Positions 11,791-25,226 of a stretch of DNA of 64,000 bases are shown piece by piece (position 1 is the first letter of the stretch; each line of letters starts with the position of its first letter). The notes under the pieces were generated by a model. It saw nothing but the letters and a program-made list of their open reading frames with translations. It did not search any database and was not told where the DNA came from. The stretch spans positions 11,274,873-11,338,872 of the forward strand of contig MU053881.1 of assembly GCA_013239625.1 (NCBI GenBank), written 5' to 3'. This stretch comes from Lama guanicoe. Lineage: Eukaryota. Position numbers and translations under genes: made by a program.

Positions 11791-14649
11791 GGTGTATATG
11801 TGTATGTGTGTATAAATCTCTCTCTTGGTGTGTGTAGACACACTATATAAATAATTCATATGTTCTCATTTTTGATTACCCATCATTTACATGTGAAGGA
11901 TGAGCTATGCTCATACTCCAAACAAGTAGAAATTTTTACTATCATTGATAATGAGTGTAAGATCTCTTCTCACCTGTCTCTTCACAATGTTTCCTCCCTC
12001 ACATCCACCACCAACAGACTTTCTCACAACTAAGTCTTACCTTTGTGATTCCCTGTTCAGCTCCCTCTCTCAGTGCTTGTGCTTGGAGCCACAGCCAAAT
12101 CAGTCAGATTCCTTCCACCAGCCTGAAAACCCTACCACCACTGTTGCAGATAAATCATTGGTTCTGTACTGCAGGGTCTGTTAGGATTCAAATTTGTGTT
12201 CGTGTGGCTTTTTTGATAATCGCAGAAGAGAGTGTCCTTTGGCTACAACATATCAAAACATCCCCTTCACTGGTGACCATCACTGCTTTTGGAAGACCAG
12301 ACTCATTTCATACCTTTGGATATCTCTTTATTTGTTTTCCCTTGCCTTGGGGTGAAGAGAAATAGTGTATTTGATTCACATTTTTAATACAGGATTTCCT
12401 AATCCAAAGGTTTTATTTTTAATACATATAAAGTGTCCCTTATATAAATTTTAATCTCAAATTGAAAATAAAATTATTCTCAAGTCTGAGCTTCTTAAGA
12501 TGGAGGCAAGGGTAAATTTGTTATTTTCAAATGTGGCAAGGAAGTTGTCCAGAAGGACAAGAAGAGTTTGGAAATAAAGACCCACTGAAATTCTGGTACC
12601 AATAACCTTAAAAATGTATACCATAACACTTCAGTAGCTTCACAGGTGGAAAAATGTGAAGTGTGTTTACACTATCTGCCATAAGCCAATTTTATCTGCA
12701 ACAAGCCATATGGTTTGGGAAACTGGGAGCTTCATGAGAATCCAGAGTGAAATTTAACGGTACTATGAGAAAACAGAGTAAACTGAGGCGTTTATAAGCC
12801 ATTCAAAGACACAGCAGGATTTTTTTTTCTTTTCTCTCCCCTTTAAAAAAATACTACCATACTGATATTTTTAAAACTACCCATGGTGTTTTGTCATTTT
12901 CTGAAAATTGCTTCATTGATTGCTACAATGATCTACAGAAAATTTTGTTTTAAGGTTTGGACTGCATTATTGGTAATTTTTCTTACATAAGAATCTAGAA
13001 GCACTTAATGTAACATACATATATAGTTGATTATTTTAAAATATTAACTATAATTTTTAGGTTTCAAAATTATTACTCAATTATACCTATCAGAACAGAC
13101 CTATATGGGGAATCATTCAGAGAAAAGTATGGGGAAATCTATCCAAAAATTACATATCAACTAATCTAAAGGTTATATTGGGAAATACTCCTTTGCAATT
13201 GACAGAACAACTTTATATGAGAGCTAAAAAGTTTTATTTTTTGCCTTATCTTAATGTATGAATTTATTATATGCACTCTGAAGTATCAAAGGCAATGTTA
13301 CTTAGAGCATTATTTTAAGATTTGAAGTTGGAATTGAATGCACTCCTTAGGCTTTTAGTTTCATTTAAGATTTTTTGATTATAGCTCAAGTAAAGTATTT
13401 AGGTTAACAGATACATGAAATAAAACTTGAACACATTCATACAAAAATATTAATTCAAAAATTAAATATCATCTAAAATCATAGGAAATATTTCCAATAA
13501 TCAAGGAAAAAGTGACCTGCTTGCATATTCCTTCTGAAATATAAAGAAACTTGATTTCTCATCATCTACTGTGGAATTCCTTGAGCTGACAGTAAAACTG
13601 AGAGAAGAAAAGTCAAATTTATACGAAATTGATTAGTTTGGAAACAATCACTCCTATAATTAGGATAGGTCAGGAAAAAGTTTCTTTATAAATAATTTAT
13701 CAGAAACTACTCTATAAAAACCTAGGGAAATGTCAAGCCAGGTGCAATCTTTCTAAACTATTCCTGTATAAATCAATTAAGGTGCTCTATTTTGACACCT
13801 AGTGTCAGTGTTTACCAAACGTAGATAGACAAGTCCATCCCTGCAGCATGCATTTGCAAATAACTTTACTCATTAATGTTTAATTAAGACAGAGGAAAAC
13901 TGTCCTTGATATTTTGCTGCAATTAGTGCTCTCTATACCCCACTGACTTCTCATGATGAATTACTTTTCAAATGAAAAGTGAAATGATTAAAACTGGAGA
14001 CACTCAATCTACTATGCATTGCCCATACCACATTTTAAAAAGGAAAACCAAATAATGCTATGCAAAGTGAAAACACAAGTGCAATTATCTGTTATTGTTG
14101 ATTTCAACTATGAAGCTGCTTTTTGATTATGACTTTAAAGTGATAGAATATGTAAATTCCAATTTATTTTGATTAAATCATAAGGCTATACCATATCAGA
14201 GCTTTGGGAGGTTTAACTCAAACCCCTCAATTTAAAATATTTCATAAACAGTAACTAAATTGTGACGGTCATATGATTTTCCAAGTGATGTCATCATTTC
14301 ACCTACAATCTTAACATTTTACTCTTTTAAGGACTCTATAATCCATCTTACACAATGTCCTTTTGACCAAACCACCAACCTCAATCAACACAGCACAATA
14401 AAAACAACAACAAAAAAACCTGTGATGTGTGAAAAATCAGTTGACTTATGCAATGTTACACAACTGACAAGTGATAGATCTAAAAATACAATATAGTTGT
14501 TCTATTTCAAAATCTTTTCCCTTACTCTCTACTCAAATATTCTTTGTGCTCATTTTATACTGGCAGAGCAAATACAGTATGAGAAATACTTATGAAATCT
14601 TTGTTCATTATATTCAGATATTGCACAAGTTGGGAAATTCTTTGTTTGG

Positions 14650-15078
14650 TATACAAATGCTCATAGTCCCTTTATTCATAATAGTCAAAAACTGGAAACA
14701 GCCCAAATGTCCATCAACGGGTGAATGCATTAAACAAATAATGAAGCCTTATTCAGTGATAAAAACAAACTACTTACATTCATTACAACCTTACTGGATC
14801 TCAAAAACAATGTCAAGTGAAAGAAGTCAGACACAAACGAACATATGCCAAAGAACCCATTTATATGATACACTATCACACAAAACTAATCTGAGGTGGC
14901 AAAAAAACAAACCAGTGCCAGTGTATGGTGGGTTGGGTTTGACTAGAAAGTAACATGGCTATGCTGATGGCTATGTTCTTTATCTTGAGTGGGATGCTGG
15001 TTATGCTGGTTGGTCAAACTATACAGCTAAAATCTATGCATATCAACAAATGTAAATTTTCCTATAATTAAAAAATGC
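14650..15078 (+). mobile_element. L1 3' end (L1ME/L1MB-type)
   Basis: tttattcataatagtcaaaaactggaaacagcccaaatgtccatcaacgggtgaatg (KNWKQPKCPSTGE, ORF2 C-terminus), then 3' UTR ending tgtaaattttcctataattaaaaaa. Confidence 0.85.
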
Positions 15079-15124
15079 TGTCATATTTATATTATCTTAG
15101 ATTCATTTGAAGATATACCATGGC

Positions 15125-15305
15125 TGTTTTTAACAGCTTTATTGATATAAGAGTGGCATGCAATAAACTGCACAAGTGTCAATTTAATAAGCTTTGACAT
15201 ATCACCACAAGCAAAGAATATATACAATTACATAGAATGATAATACATGTATTCATCACCCTCAAATGTTTCTTCATGTCCTTTATAATCCTTTCTTTCC
15301 ACAAT
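15125..15305 (-). mobile_element. L1ME-type 3' end fragment, antisense
   Basis: ttttaacagctttattgatataa...aataaactgcacaagtg is the reverse complement of an old L1 3' terminus. Confidence 0.7.
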
Positions 15306-15469
15306 TTGGGACATTCTTGAAATAGCATATTATTACATCTTATGCCTAATATTAATGAACTAAATGATGTTAATAGTTGTAGATGATGACTATTTCCTAG
15401 ATTCTTTAAAAGGTTCCTTTTTTTCATTATTCTCTCAATTCTGGAGTCTCCCCTCAAATATATGAAATA

Positions 15470-15878
15470 CAGAATTTACAAAGAACCTGAGAACTAGCCT
15501 GAATTCACCCACAAATGTGTTATGCTTTTTCTAGGCAGTGAATTGTTTGCCAACATAGAAAAAAAAAACATGAAATTTCACATATAAATCCAGATCTCCA
15601 AATTCTCTATAAATAACACTGGAAGACAAGGCTGATATGAGCATGCATCATCACAAAGCTACAAATCCTCAGAACTGAGTAACCCTGAACCACTCTGAAT
15701 ACTACATGTGCTCTTTAATTATCCACAGTCCCCACCACTACCTATTACTTCCCACATCAAAGCTTATATCTGCTGCCACTTCAGTTCAAGTGTGTACTGT
15801 TCCTTTTCTAACACCTGGTCTGCTTTGCTCATTTACTTTACCTGCCTGGTCCCTGAAAGCTCTTGCATAATTGCTCTG
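15470..15878 (+). mobile_element. hAT-Charlie MITE (MER102/Charlie4-like)
   Basis: gaattgtttgccaacat...aaatttcacatataaatccagatctcc...cacagtccccaccactacctatt...gctcatttactttacctgcctggtccctg match the recalled consensus blocks. Confidence 0.7.
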
Positions 15879-17454
15879 GTGGCAAAACTATATCAATGAG
15901 AAACTGCAATAAATAGATACACACACAGATTTGAAAATTATGTATCATAGGCTTATTTACAACTGGATTAAAGAATTTTTGATACAAACTACAGACATAA
16001 TGATGACCATAAAAAAAAACCCCAAAACTCTGTAACATGCAAGCTCAATTTGAATATATGCCAATGCTTTAAAATAATGGAAATACTGAGAAAAGATGCA
16101 TCATCTTTGTACAAAATTGCAGAAAAAAGTACATGATATTAGATCATGGGTAGAAGTTATGAATACACAACTTTCAATAATCAATTCTGAAGGGCATATT
16201 GATATGAATCAGATTGAAGCCATGGGCCAGGAAACACTGGTGGTAGGGATATGGTGTAAAAAGCAAAGCTGAATTGCTGAAGCAGACCAGAGGCGATGTC
16301 AAGCAAAACGTAGTCAAGGTCTAGAGAGTAGGCCAATTTGACTGGAGTAAAGACTATGTCATGTTGGGGCTGGGACTATAGTTCAAACAAAGAATGGAGA
16401 AGCCTAGCATCAGGAATTTGTAATTTAATTGCTTGATCTTATAAAATATGAACCTGTGTGTTATGGGTACCAGATACGAGTGGGAATATAGTAAAGACTA
16501 CTAATTGTTTTTTTATCCTCGCAAAACATGCTATTGTATTTGGAAAACAGTTTCCAGTACACTCCTTCACACACCACATTTCTCTGTCTTGTGAAGGGAG
16601 GAAAAAGTACGTAAATTCTGACAATGGTTAAACCCAGATTTAAACTCAAACATGACCTCAATGTTCAAAACAGAGTAAACCTATGGAAAGTTCCAAAAAA
16701 CAAAAAAAAAAACAACTCACAGAAGAAATATCCTTTAACATTGGCCTCACTGGTTGTAATAACAATTCAAAGACCTTGAGCTATCAAGCAGGCTTACTGA
16801 TGGAGGACTCTGATCAGAACCCCTGCTGTTAGTTCTGACAGACTTATCACACGTGGCTGCACATGGCTACACTTGTACCCACTGAAGTGTGTAAGAAGTG
16901 TCTAGTGCTGAGCCACTGAGAATTGGCCTCAGTAATGTTTTAATTGCAGTGCTACCTCAAACCAAAGAAGTTAAGCCTGTTAGAAAAGTTGTCCATGTCA
17001 TTATTGCTGCTTTCTTCAATGCAAAGGATCATGTTATTTGAAGGTATGCTTTTGACACTCTACCATTACATGTTAAAATGTTGAGAATGCCCTTTGGATT
17101 GCTGAGATCTATTTATAGACAAGATTTTTTTTTTCTTTTCATGCAAAGGAACTAAACATCCACATATTTTATCTAAAAATGAACAAAATCTAATGTAGAA
17201 AATATTCATATGCATTTTCCATATACCTGAGAAACCAAAACCAAATGTTTAAGGTAGAAGGTTGGCACCTTGACAACAAGCAGTATGTCAACACGTAATA
17301 ACCAGATATCTTGGCAGGAAGTCTCAGCTCAATTTAAGACATAAAATTTTACAATTGTGTCAAGCAATCTCTCTTTTTAAAATTAATTATTAGAATAATA
17401 ACATTTTAGGCCTTTAGCATCTTTCATTATTCAATTCATCATTGAGGGAAAAAA

Positions 17455-17622
17455 ATGATGTGCTTAAAAAGTGGACTTTAAATTTAAGAGATCCAAATTC
17501 CATTTATTAGCTAGATATTTCACACTTCTAAACTATTAGAATAATTATACCTACCTCTCAGATACTTTGTGAAGACTACTTAATGTATAAAGTATAGAAT
17601 AAACTCAAGGAATGCTACTACA
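17455..17622 (+). mobile_element. Degenerate MIR SINE
   Basis: MIR core remnant aataattatacctacctctcagatactttgtgaagac...taatgtataaagt. Confidence 0.5.
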
Positions 17623-18239
17623 GATAAATGTGTATTAAGTGTAAATTATATAAAAATGTAAAATTATAATATGCCGATTTTAAGTTTTAGTATATGTAGT
17701 TTATGTGAATATTTGTATGTGTATGTATAAACTACTTTTAAATTAGTTCCTTTACTGGAAATAAAATGAATGGGTAAAATTATTGTTTACAATCTGGTAA
17801 TACTCATATTTACATACATAAAACAGTAAAATCACAAAATGAGTCATGTGTTTTCCACAAACTAAAGAACTTTGAGTTACGTGATTTTGCTCCACAATAA
17901 AATATAACCAACTCCTCTTAATATTAAATCAATGAAGTCAATGATTAATCGAGCCCCGAAAGATGCAGAAGAGAATCATTAGAAAGTAGAAATATCATAT
18001 TAAACATCATTTTGTAAACTATCTGGAGAGTTTGGTATAGCCCAGAATTATCAATGGGCTCTATGGACAAAATATTTTATAGATAAAACAAGTATTCATA
18101 TAGTCACTGACACCTCATGTTACACATTATGTTATTTAAAATCATAACAACTTTGAAGCAATTTTATTGACATACAGAGATATAGTCTTGCCTGAATTTA
18201 GAAGGCAATTTGAAGAGGGAGCCAAGACTCCATTCCAAA

Positions 18240-19898
18240 CAATCAGTACACCAAGACTGAATCAAGAAGAAATAGACCACTTGAACAGACCAATTCTTAG
18301 AAATGAAATAGAATCAGCAATTATAAAACATCCCTACAAACAAAAGAACAGGACTATATGGTTTCACTGGGGAATTCTATCAAACATATAAAGATGAACT
18401 CATACCTATATTTTCTTGAACTCTTTCAAAAGACTGAAAAGGAAGGAGTATGCCCAAACACATTCTATGAAACCACCATCACCCTGATACCAAAACCAGA
18501 CAAAGATACTACCAAAAAAGAAAATTACAGGCTAATATCATTGATGAACATAGATGCAAAAATCGTCAACAAATATTAGCAAACAGAATCCAACAACACA
18601 TAAAAAAGATCATACACAATGATCAAGCTGGATTCATCCCAGGGACACAAGGATGGTTCAACATACACAAATCAATCCATGTAATACACCACATCCACAA
18701 AAGGAAGGACAAAAACCACATGATCATCTCAATAGATACTGAAAAAGCATTTGATAAAATTCAACACTCATTTATGATAAAAACTCTCACCAAAGTGGGT
18801 ATAGAGGGAATATATCTCAACATAATAAAAGCTATTTATGACAAACCTATGGCCAGCATAATACTTAATGGTAACTGACAAAGGCTTCATTTCCAGAATA
18901 CATATACAGCTCACATAACTTAATAACCAAAAAACAAACAACCCAATCCAAAAATGCAGAAGACCTAAACAATCAATTCTCCAATGAACACATACAGATA
19001 GCCAATAGGCATGTGAAAAAATGCTCAATATTGCTAATTACCAAAATGTAAATCAAAACTTCAGTGAGTTATCACCTCACACCAGTCAGAATGACGACCA
19101 TTAAAAAGTCCACAAATGATCAATGCTGGAGAGGGTGTGGAGAAAAGAGAACCCTACCCTTCTACATTGTTGGTGGGAATGTTGGTGCAGCCATTATGGA
19201 AAACAGTATGTAGATTTCTTAAAAAATTGAAGTAGACTTACCATATGATCCAGCAATCCCACTCCTGGGCATATATCCAGACGGAACCTTAATTCAAAAA
19301 GATACATGCACCTGAATGTTCAAAGCAGCAACAGTTACAATACCCAAGACATGGAAGCAACCTAAATGTCCATTGACAGATGACTGGATAAAGAAGTTGT
19401 CGTATATATTTATACAATGGAATACTATTTAGCCACAAAAAGAATAAAATAACGCCATAGGCAGCAGCATGGATGGACCTAGAGATCTTCATTCTAAGTG
19501 AAGTAAGCCAGAAAGAGAAAGAAAAATACCATATGATATCACTCATATGGGGAATCTTAAGAAAAGAAAAAAGAGGACACTAATGAACTCCTCTACAAAA
19601 CAAAAACAGACTTGCAGACATAGTAAACAATCTTATTATGGTTACCAGCGGGGAAGGGGGTGGGAAGGGATAAATATGGGAGTTTGAGATTGGCAAATGT
19701 TAGCCACTATATATAAAAATAGATTAAAAAAAAACAAGTTTCTTCTGTATAGCACAGGGAACTATATTCAATATCTTTTAATAACCTTTAATGAAGAATA
19801 TGGGAATGAGTATATGTATGTATATGTATGACTGGGACATTGTACTGTACAGCAGAAATTGACACATTGTAACTGACTAAAGTTGTATTAAAAAAAAT
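18240..19898 (+). mobile_element. Young lineage-specific (camelid-like) L1, 5'-truncated, internally deleted, with a 16-bp TSD
   Basis: ORF2 peptides PRLNQEEIDHLNRPI and [28 protein letters not shown]; 3' UTR and A-tail; perfect TSD AAGACTCCATTCCAAA at 18224-18239 and 19899-19914. Confidence 0.95.
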
Positions 19899-21304
19899 AA
19901 GACTCCATTCCAAATATTGTGACCCCAAATGTATTTCTTTGTTATGTTTTTTTCTTCACCATAGCCTATTCTCTTTTTGTTCTCCACAAATCTTGCTCGA
20001 GTGTGCATTCAATGGCAAATATCCTGGTGATGCTTGCAATCAAGTGCAAAGTCAACCATATGTCAAGTCAACATTCCCTTACATTAGAGATAATGTATTT
20101 TGAAATTCCTATCCTCAAAATCTTTCAAGGTTTTTTAAGAGCATAACTTCCTTTAAGAGCAGAATCCAGCCTTATACCTATAATATTATGGAAAAGCCCT
20201 TCTTCCTGGCTTTACATAATAGAAGTACCATCCATCACACTCAAACTAAAAGTCCTGGTCCTCACTTCCCCTGGATCAAGCTGCAAAGTGTTGCCACACG
20301 AGCAGCACCTATTCCAAACTAATATCTGCAATTAGGAGAATCTGCTCTTGGACTTTTTGTTTAGGAACATTTGTGGTGTTTTTAACTGCAGGATTTCAAT
20401 GCACACTTCCCTCTTAATCAGAAGTTACAAAGGTCTCTCATTTAACTTCAGCTTCTATGGAAGATGAACATTTTTAGGATTCATTAGTACACCCCAAAGT
20501 GAAGTTTTCCATTTATGGCCATGTATATACATCATTACATTGTGTCCGTATGTATCAAATGTATCCTGCAACGTGAGTAAAAACCGATCCAGCTATATTG
20601 CACAAATGTGGAAAAAATATTTAAAAATAGGCAGAAATATTATTTTTGTTAAATTAATTTGGAAGTATTTTGAAAAAGTCTTGGACTTACTTGTAAGTAA
20701 ATCTTGGCTCTATTCCAGGAAACAGGGATGACTACATTAGTATAATCATCTTTTCCACATATCAAATCACTATTTTAATTATCCACTATACCCTACTCCC
20801 ATGGAATTTCTGTGTCTGAATTCAACTTTTTAGTGTTAATATAAGAATGTAATACACATCAATACCAAAAAACTCTCCTACAAACATGACTTTTTTTTCT
20901 GTTGCAATGTTGAGGATATCTTAAACTATAATTGATCCAGTTTCTCTTTTCATGGTGGTTGAGAAAAAGCACTGAGCAAAAGTTATGAGCCATTTTTAGA
21001 ATATTAAGGAGGCTTATAATTTGTATTTCAGTATTAGGTTTATTTTTGGCTTCATTTTTATATTTATTATCATTTTTCATTCTTTTTTCTTTTTTAAACA
21101 TAAGTTAATGTATAGTATTTTGCTCTGTGTTGTCTGTCTTTGTAATTAGTAATAAACCCTTTCTAAAGTAAGGCAGACTATAGATTAATAGATGATTTAA
21201 TATATTTCATGGCTGAGAAATCCTTTCACAGTATGGTTCCAACTTCTCATGTTAACCTTCCTCCTACCATTCCTTCTCATTGATTCTTTCTCTACCCACA
21301 ATGA

Positions 21305-21385
21305 TTTTTAAAAGCTACTTTACTGAGGTAGGATTGACATAAAATATTACTGCATACATTTAATAAATACAACTTGATGAGTACA
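21305..21385 (-). mobile_element. Short old L1 3'-terminal fragment
   Basis: ctttactgaggtaggattgacataaaatattactgcatacatttaataaatacaacttgatgag resembles the reverse complement of an L1M 3' end. Confidence 0.55.
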
Positions 21386-22049
21386 TAAGATCTCTCCTTC
21401 CTTATAGTTTCCTAGACACAATGTTGACAGTGCTGAACTTCATCTTACATCTTTTCCACTGTCATTTCCCTGTAAGTGACATGCTTAAGATTGATCTCAA
21501 ATATCATCCTTTCATGGCTCTTGGAATGAATCAACCAAAGCATGTAGCTGGATGAGCGTCTATGAAAATGAAAGATACACTCACCTACTTTGACTTTTCT
21601 TTGATTCAATCTTACCTATATTCAAAAATTTATTTGATATTAAAACACCAATATAGAATAAAGTAAATGTTACATTTCAAAGAAACTTAATTAAATTTTA
21701 AAATACTGTAACACATTAAAAGACAAATATCTAAGAAGTGACTCCAAGTTCCAAGATGTATGTTCTCTCTACTATTACATACTTTCTTACTATAATGTAT
21801 TTTAAACAAATCTTTATTCTCACATGTGTATTTAATTATTTTAACACATAAAATTAACTTTAAAAGTCAATTTTAAATTTTAAATTACTCTGGAACGTTG
21901 TTTTATCAAATACTAACTAAAGCTAGGTAACCTTAAGAATCATTTCCTAGGCAGACGTTCACAGTACTAGTGGGTTGGCTAAATTGACTCACTAAAATAG
22001 TATTTCAGTAACCAATTTAAATAAGAGTAAGCCTTTCAGGGTAACTAAA

Positions 22050-22650
22050 AAGAGAAGCAGCGTAGGGTAAGTCAACCTCCTGGGTTTTCAGGTTCTAGTG
22101 TGCACGACAGATGTACTTAATATCCCAGAGCTCTCCTCGTGTGTGCTTCTAATCGATGTCGACTTTGTTCTGCTCTACTTTCAAGTAGAAGAAGAAAACT
22201 GGAACCCAGGTGCTCTACTGAGGGGAAGGCATTTCCTGTTTGAGTTCCAACTTGCTTGTGTGGTTTGTTTGCTTTATTTATTTATTTATGGTCAGGATCA
22301 CAGGTAGAAAAGGTACTGGCCCTTTGAAGAACGAACGCTGCTGTCATCCTCCATTTCCTAGGAGATGTCACAGCTGTGACAAGGAAGGGTTTATAATGGC
22401 ACAGTTCGGTGCCTTCATAATTTATTCTCTCTGATTTTATGCTCTTTTAGTCTCCTGCTCAACCATCCACTAACAAGCGGTGATATTAGCCAATAAATCA
22501 AAGACGTCTGCTTGTCACCGCCAGATGCTTGGCCACCATCGCCGCCGATTATGAGACGTACAAAAGGACAATTTCATGTAGGGAGCTCAGCAGAGGTGTT
22601 CCACTGATATTCTGTTTGATAGGAAACCAGCGTGAGGTGAATGTAGTAAA
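22050..22650. promoter_or_regulatory. Candidate enhancer / conserved non-coding element
   Basis: No recognisable repeat; about 16 CpGs in 600 bp against a CpG-depleted background; 16-bp palindrome TGTCACAGCTGTGACA; CCAATAAATCA; E-box CAGATG. Confidence 0.45.
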
Positions 22651-24665
22651 ATTCTATAACTTTTATGCCTTATGGCAATGAAGAAGTTGAAATAAAACAG
22701 GGAAGTAAATTAGGACCTCACCTTTATTACTATTTCTTTTACGAGTTCAGATCTCTTCCTTTATCACTTCAGTCCAGGGTAGAGAAAGAAGAAATATTTT
22801 GAAGTGCTCAGTTTATTTTGCTGAGTCCAATAATTTACCTTCCTTTACTAAGTGTATCAAAGAAGATATTTTCATCCATCTATTAAAACATGCATTACAT
22901 CTAAAGAAGTATAATGAAAGCGAATGGTAGTCAATGCACAGGAAGAGTGTGGTCCTATTTTTTCTTTACTATTGAAAGCTGCTGTCAACTGATAAAACTA
23001 CCCATTAGGTATTAATTTCTTTTATTTGTCTCATTATTCAAATCAGTGATCCACCTTAATGTACATACACCTCTTCTGTGCTATAAATAAGAACAGTAAG
23101 AGCAAAATGAATTTATAGTGTTCAAATGGCTAGGCATGCTATTTTATGAAATGTTCCTTTGACAATTTATTGAATTTTAAAAGGAAGAGAAGTTTATATT
23201 TTTCCCTCAAATTAAAGGAAATAAAGTAGAAGAGTTTTTTTCACTCAAGAAATTATTATTTTTCTTCCTTGAGAAGTTTATTTATACATCAAACATATAA
23301 CTAGAATGATAACAGCATTTTTGCTCTATTGACAATTTATTACACAGCAATCAAAGAGATCCTATGTTATAAATCAAATTTTATGTGGAGGTACAAAAAA
23401 GTTGATGTAATTATGCTTTGTTTTCAGCCTGGCTGTTGTGTATCTTGTGACTATTGAAGCTCCATTGTTTTGCTCAGGACTTCCTTCCACTTTCTAGGGG
23501 TCTTCAACTGTCCCCAAAGCGCTCTACTTTCAGCTACCAAATCTCACAGGCTAGGAGAAGCATGCCTGTTATTTCAGCTTTTCCTCATCCTATTTCCTTA
23601 TGTTATAAATGTTTCTGAATTACTGTTCTCAAATATTAATGACTTTTAAGTCTCCTCAGGATAATATCTTTCATTTTCCAAAGAAAGTGTGTCAAGGAAA
23701 CGCAAGAACTTTTTGAAGTGAAATACTTTTTGTATATATTTAAATGATAAACAAGCATTTCACAATCCCATTTAACTTAGATGGTGATGTTTTATTCTAT
23801 GGTTGTTGCAGCTTGGTTGTTGCTGCTGTGTTATTGTTATTTATACTATGACTTTCACATTGATGTTTTTAAATGATGGTTTTATTTTTCTCCAGCCTAA
23901 TATGAATTCAAAGGTGCCATCTATTTAGAAAGCTTTAGACAGAAGATAATTCACTTGGAAGTATGTGCCTGGAGTCCTCTTTTATTAATTATTAGTAAGT
24001 ATTTAAGTATCACTTTGTATACTGTAAAGTTTTCCTAACTATCTTTCATGCCTCACATTCCTAGGAAGAATAAATTTCCGGCTATATTAAGCACAAGAAA
24101 TCAAGGAAGCAGACTAAAAATACACTGAGTAACAAATGAAGAAAGAAAATAGAAACCTCAGAAATATTAAGAAGGTGATAAATTACAACACAGACACCGG
24201 CTTCTGTGTGACCACCGTGTAGAACAGGATACCTGTTTTCATCTGAAGAAGTGTGTCAGTTTGCATTGCCCTGCAGTAAAAAGATAAGAATGACTTAAAA
24301 TGTAAAGGACTATGAAAACACAGAAAATGAGACGATTAAGGATTTGTGCAGTATTTACTTTTGATGAGACACTCTTAACACTAAGTTTATCTTGCTAATG
24401 CAACCTATAAGTTAAAGTGGATTGGACTGAATTATTCAAAATCAGTGAAAGCCAGTAAGTGTTTTTGTTTTTTATTTTTAAATATCCCAGAACATGGTAA
24501 AGCCAGGAGAATTTCAGACAAATGCAGCAAGGTAACAATATCGGTTCAAATTACTGGCCTCATCTCTCTATTACTTCACTCGTTGCCTTTGTAACACACT
24601 TCACCTGTAAGGTTCTTGATATTGGGTTGGGTGGAAAGTACTGGTGACTTACTATCTTGAAGGTA

Positions 24666-25226
24666 TGAAAATAAATAAAGGAAAACCATTTAAAACAGAG
24701 TCCGGAAGCCCTGAAGGGAGAGCTTTCACGCACTTTCCGTTCCTTGCTGCCTGCTTAACCAGCAGGAAGAAAAAATAATTATTTTAACAAAGCCTATTTG
24801 TATAGGATTCTTTGTATAAAATTCTCTGCCTTAAATTCTTATACACAATGATAAGTTACTTTTCTTCGAGTACGAGGTAGAACATTTTTCACAGAGGATT
24901 TCATCTCCTGCTTTTAAGACAGGATGGAAGATCCCTCCCTGTCCCGACAATGGTGTGCTAACCACTGCTTGCAACCAACAAGAAGACAGCCACAATCTCA
25001 AACTCCTGTTCTCCTCCAATGAACTTTTACTCAAAACACTCCTTCACAAGTCCCTCCTAAAACCTAATAAAAGCTGACCTACCCTCTGTCTCTTCGGACC
25101 TGCCTATGATTCACCATAGCTTGCCTGTCCCAAACTGCAATTTTCTGTTACTCCAGAATAAACCCATTTTACAGGTTAAAACAAAAACGAAAGAAAAAAG
25201 CATCTATTTTATTTTTGAGGTTAACA
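24666..25226 (+). mobile_element. Solo ERV LTR (561 bp) with perfect 6-bp TSD
   Basis: Begins TG (24666) and ends CA (25226); AAGGTA at 24660-24665 and 25227-25232; AATAAA at 25157 about 65 bp before the end. Confidence 0.85.

Noticed and set aside
14471..14953. Longest ORF in the track (160 aa)
   Set aside because: Its only recognisable part (KNWKQPKCPSTGE) is decayed L1 ORF2 running into L1 3' UTR; non-ATG start; not a gene
18167..18579. ORFs with RT-associated motifs
   Set aside because: Frameshifted L1 ORF2 remnants inside the TSD-flanked L1
20478..20578. Possible exon tttttag|GATTC...CAAC|gtgagt
   Set aside because: Short polypyrimidine tract; the open frames give no recognisable protein
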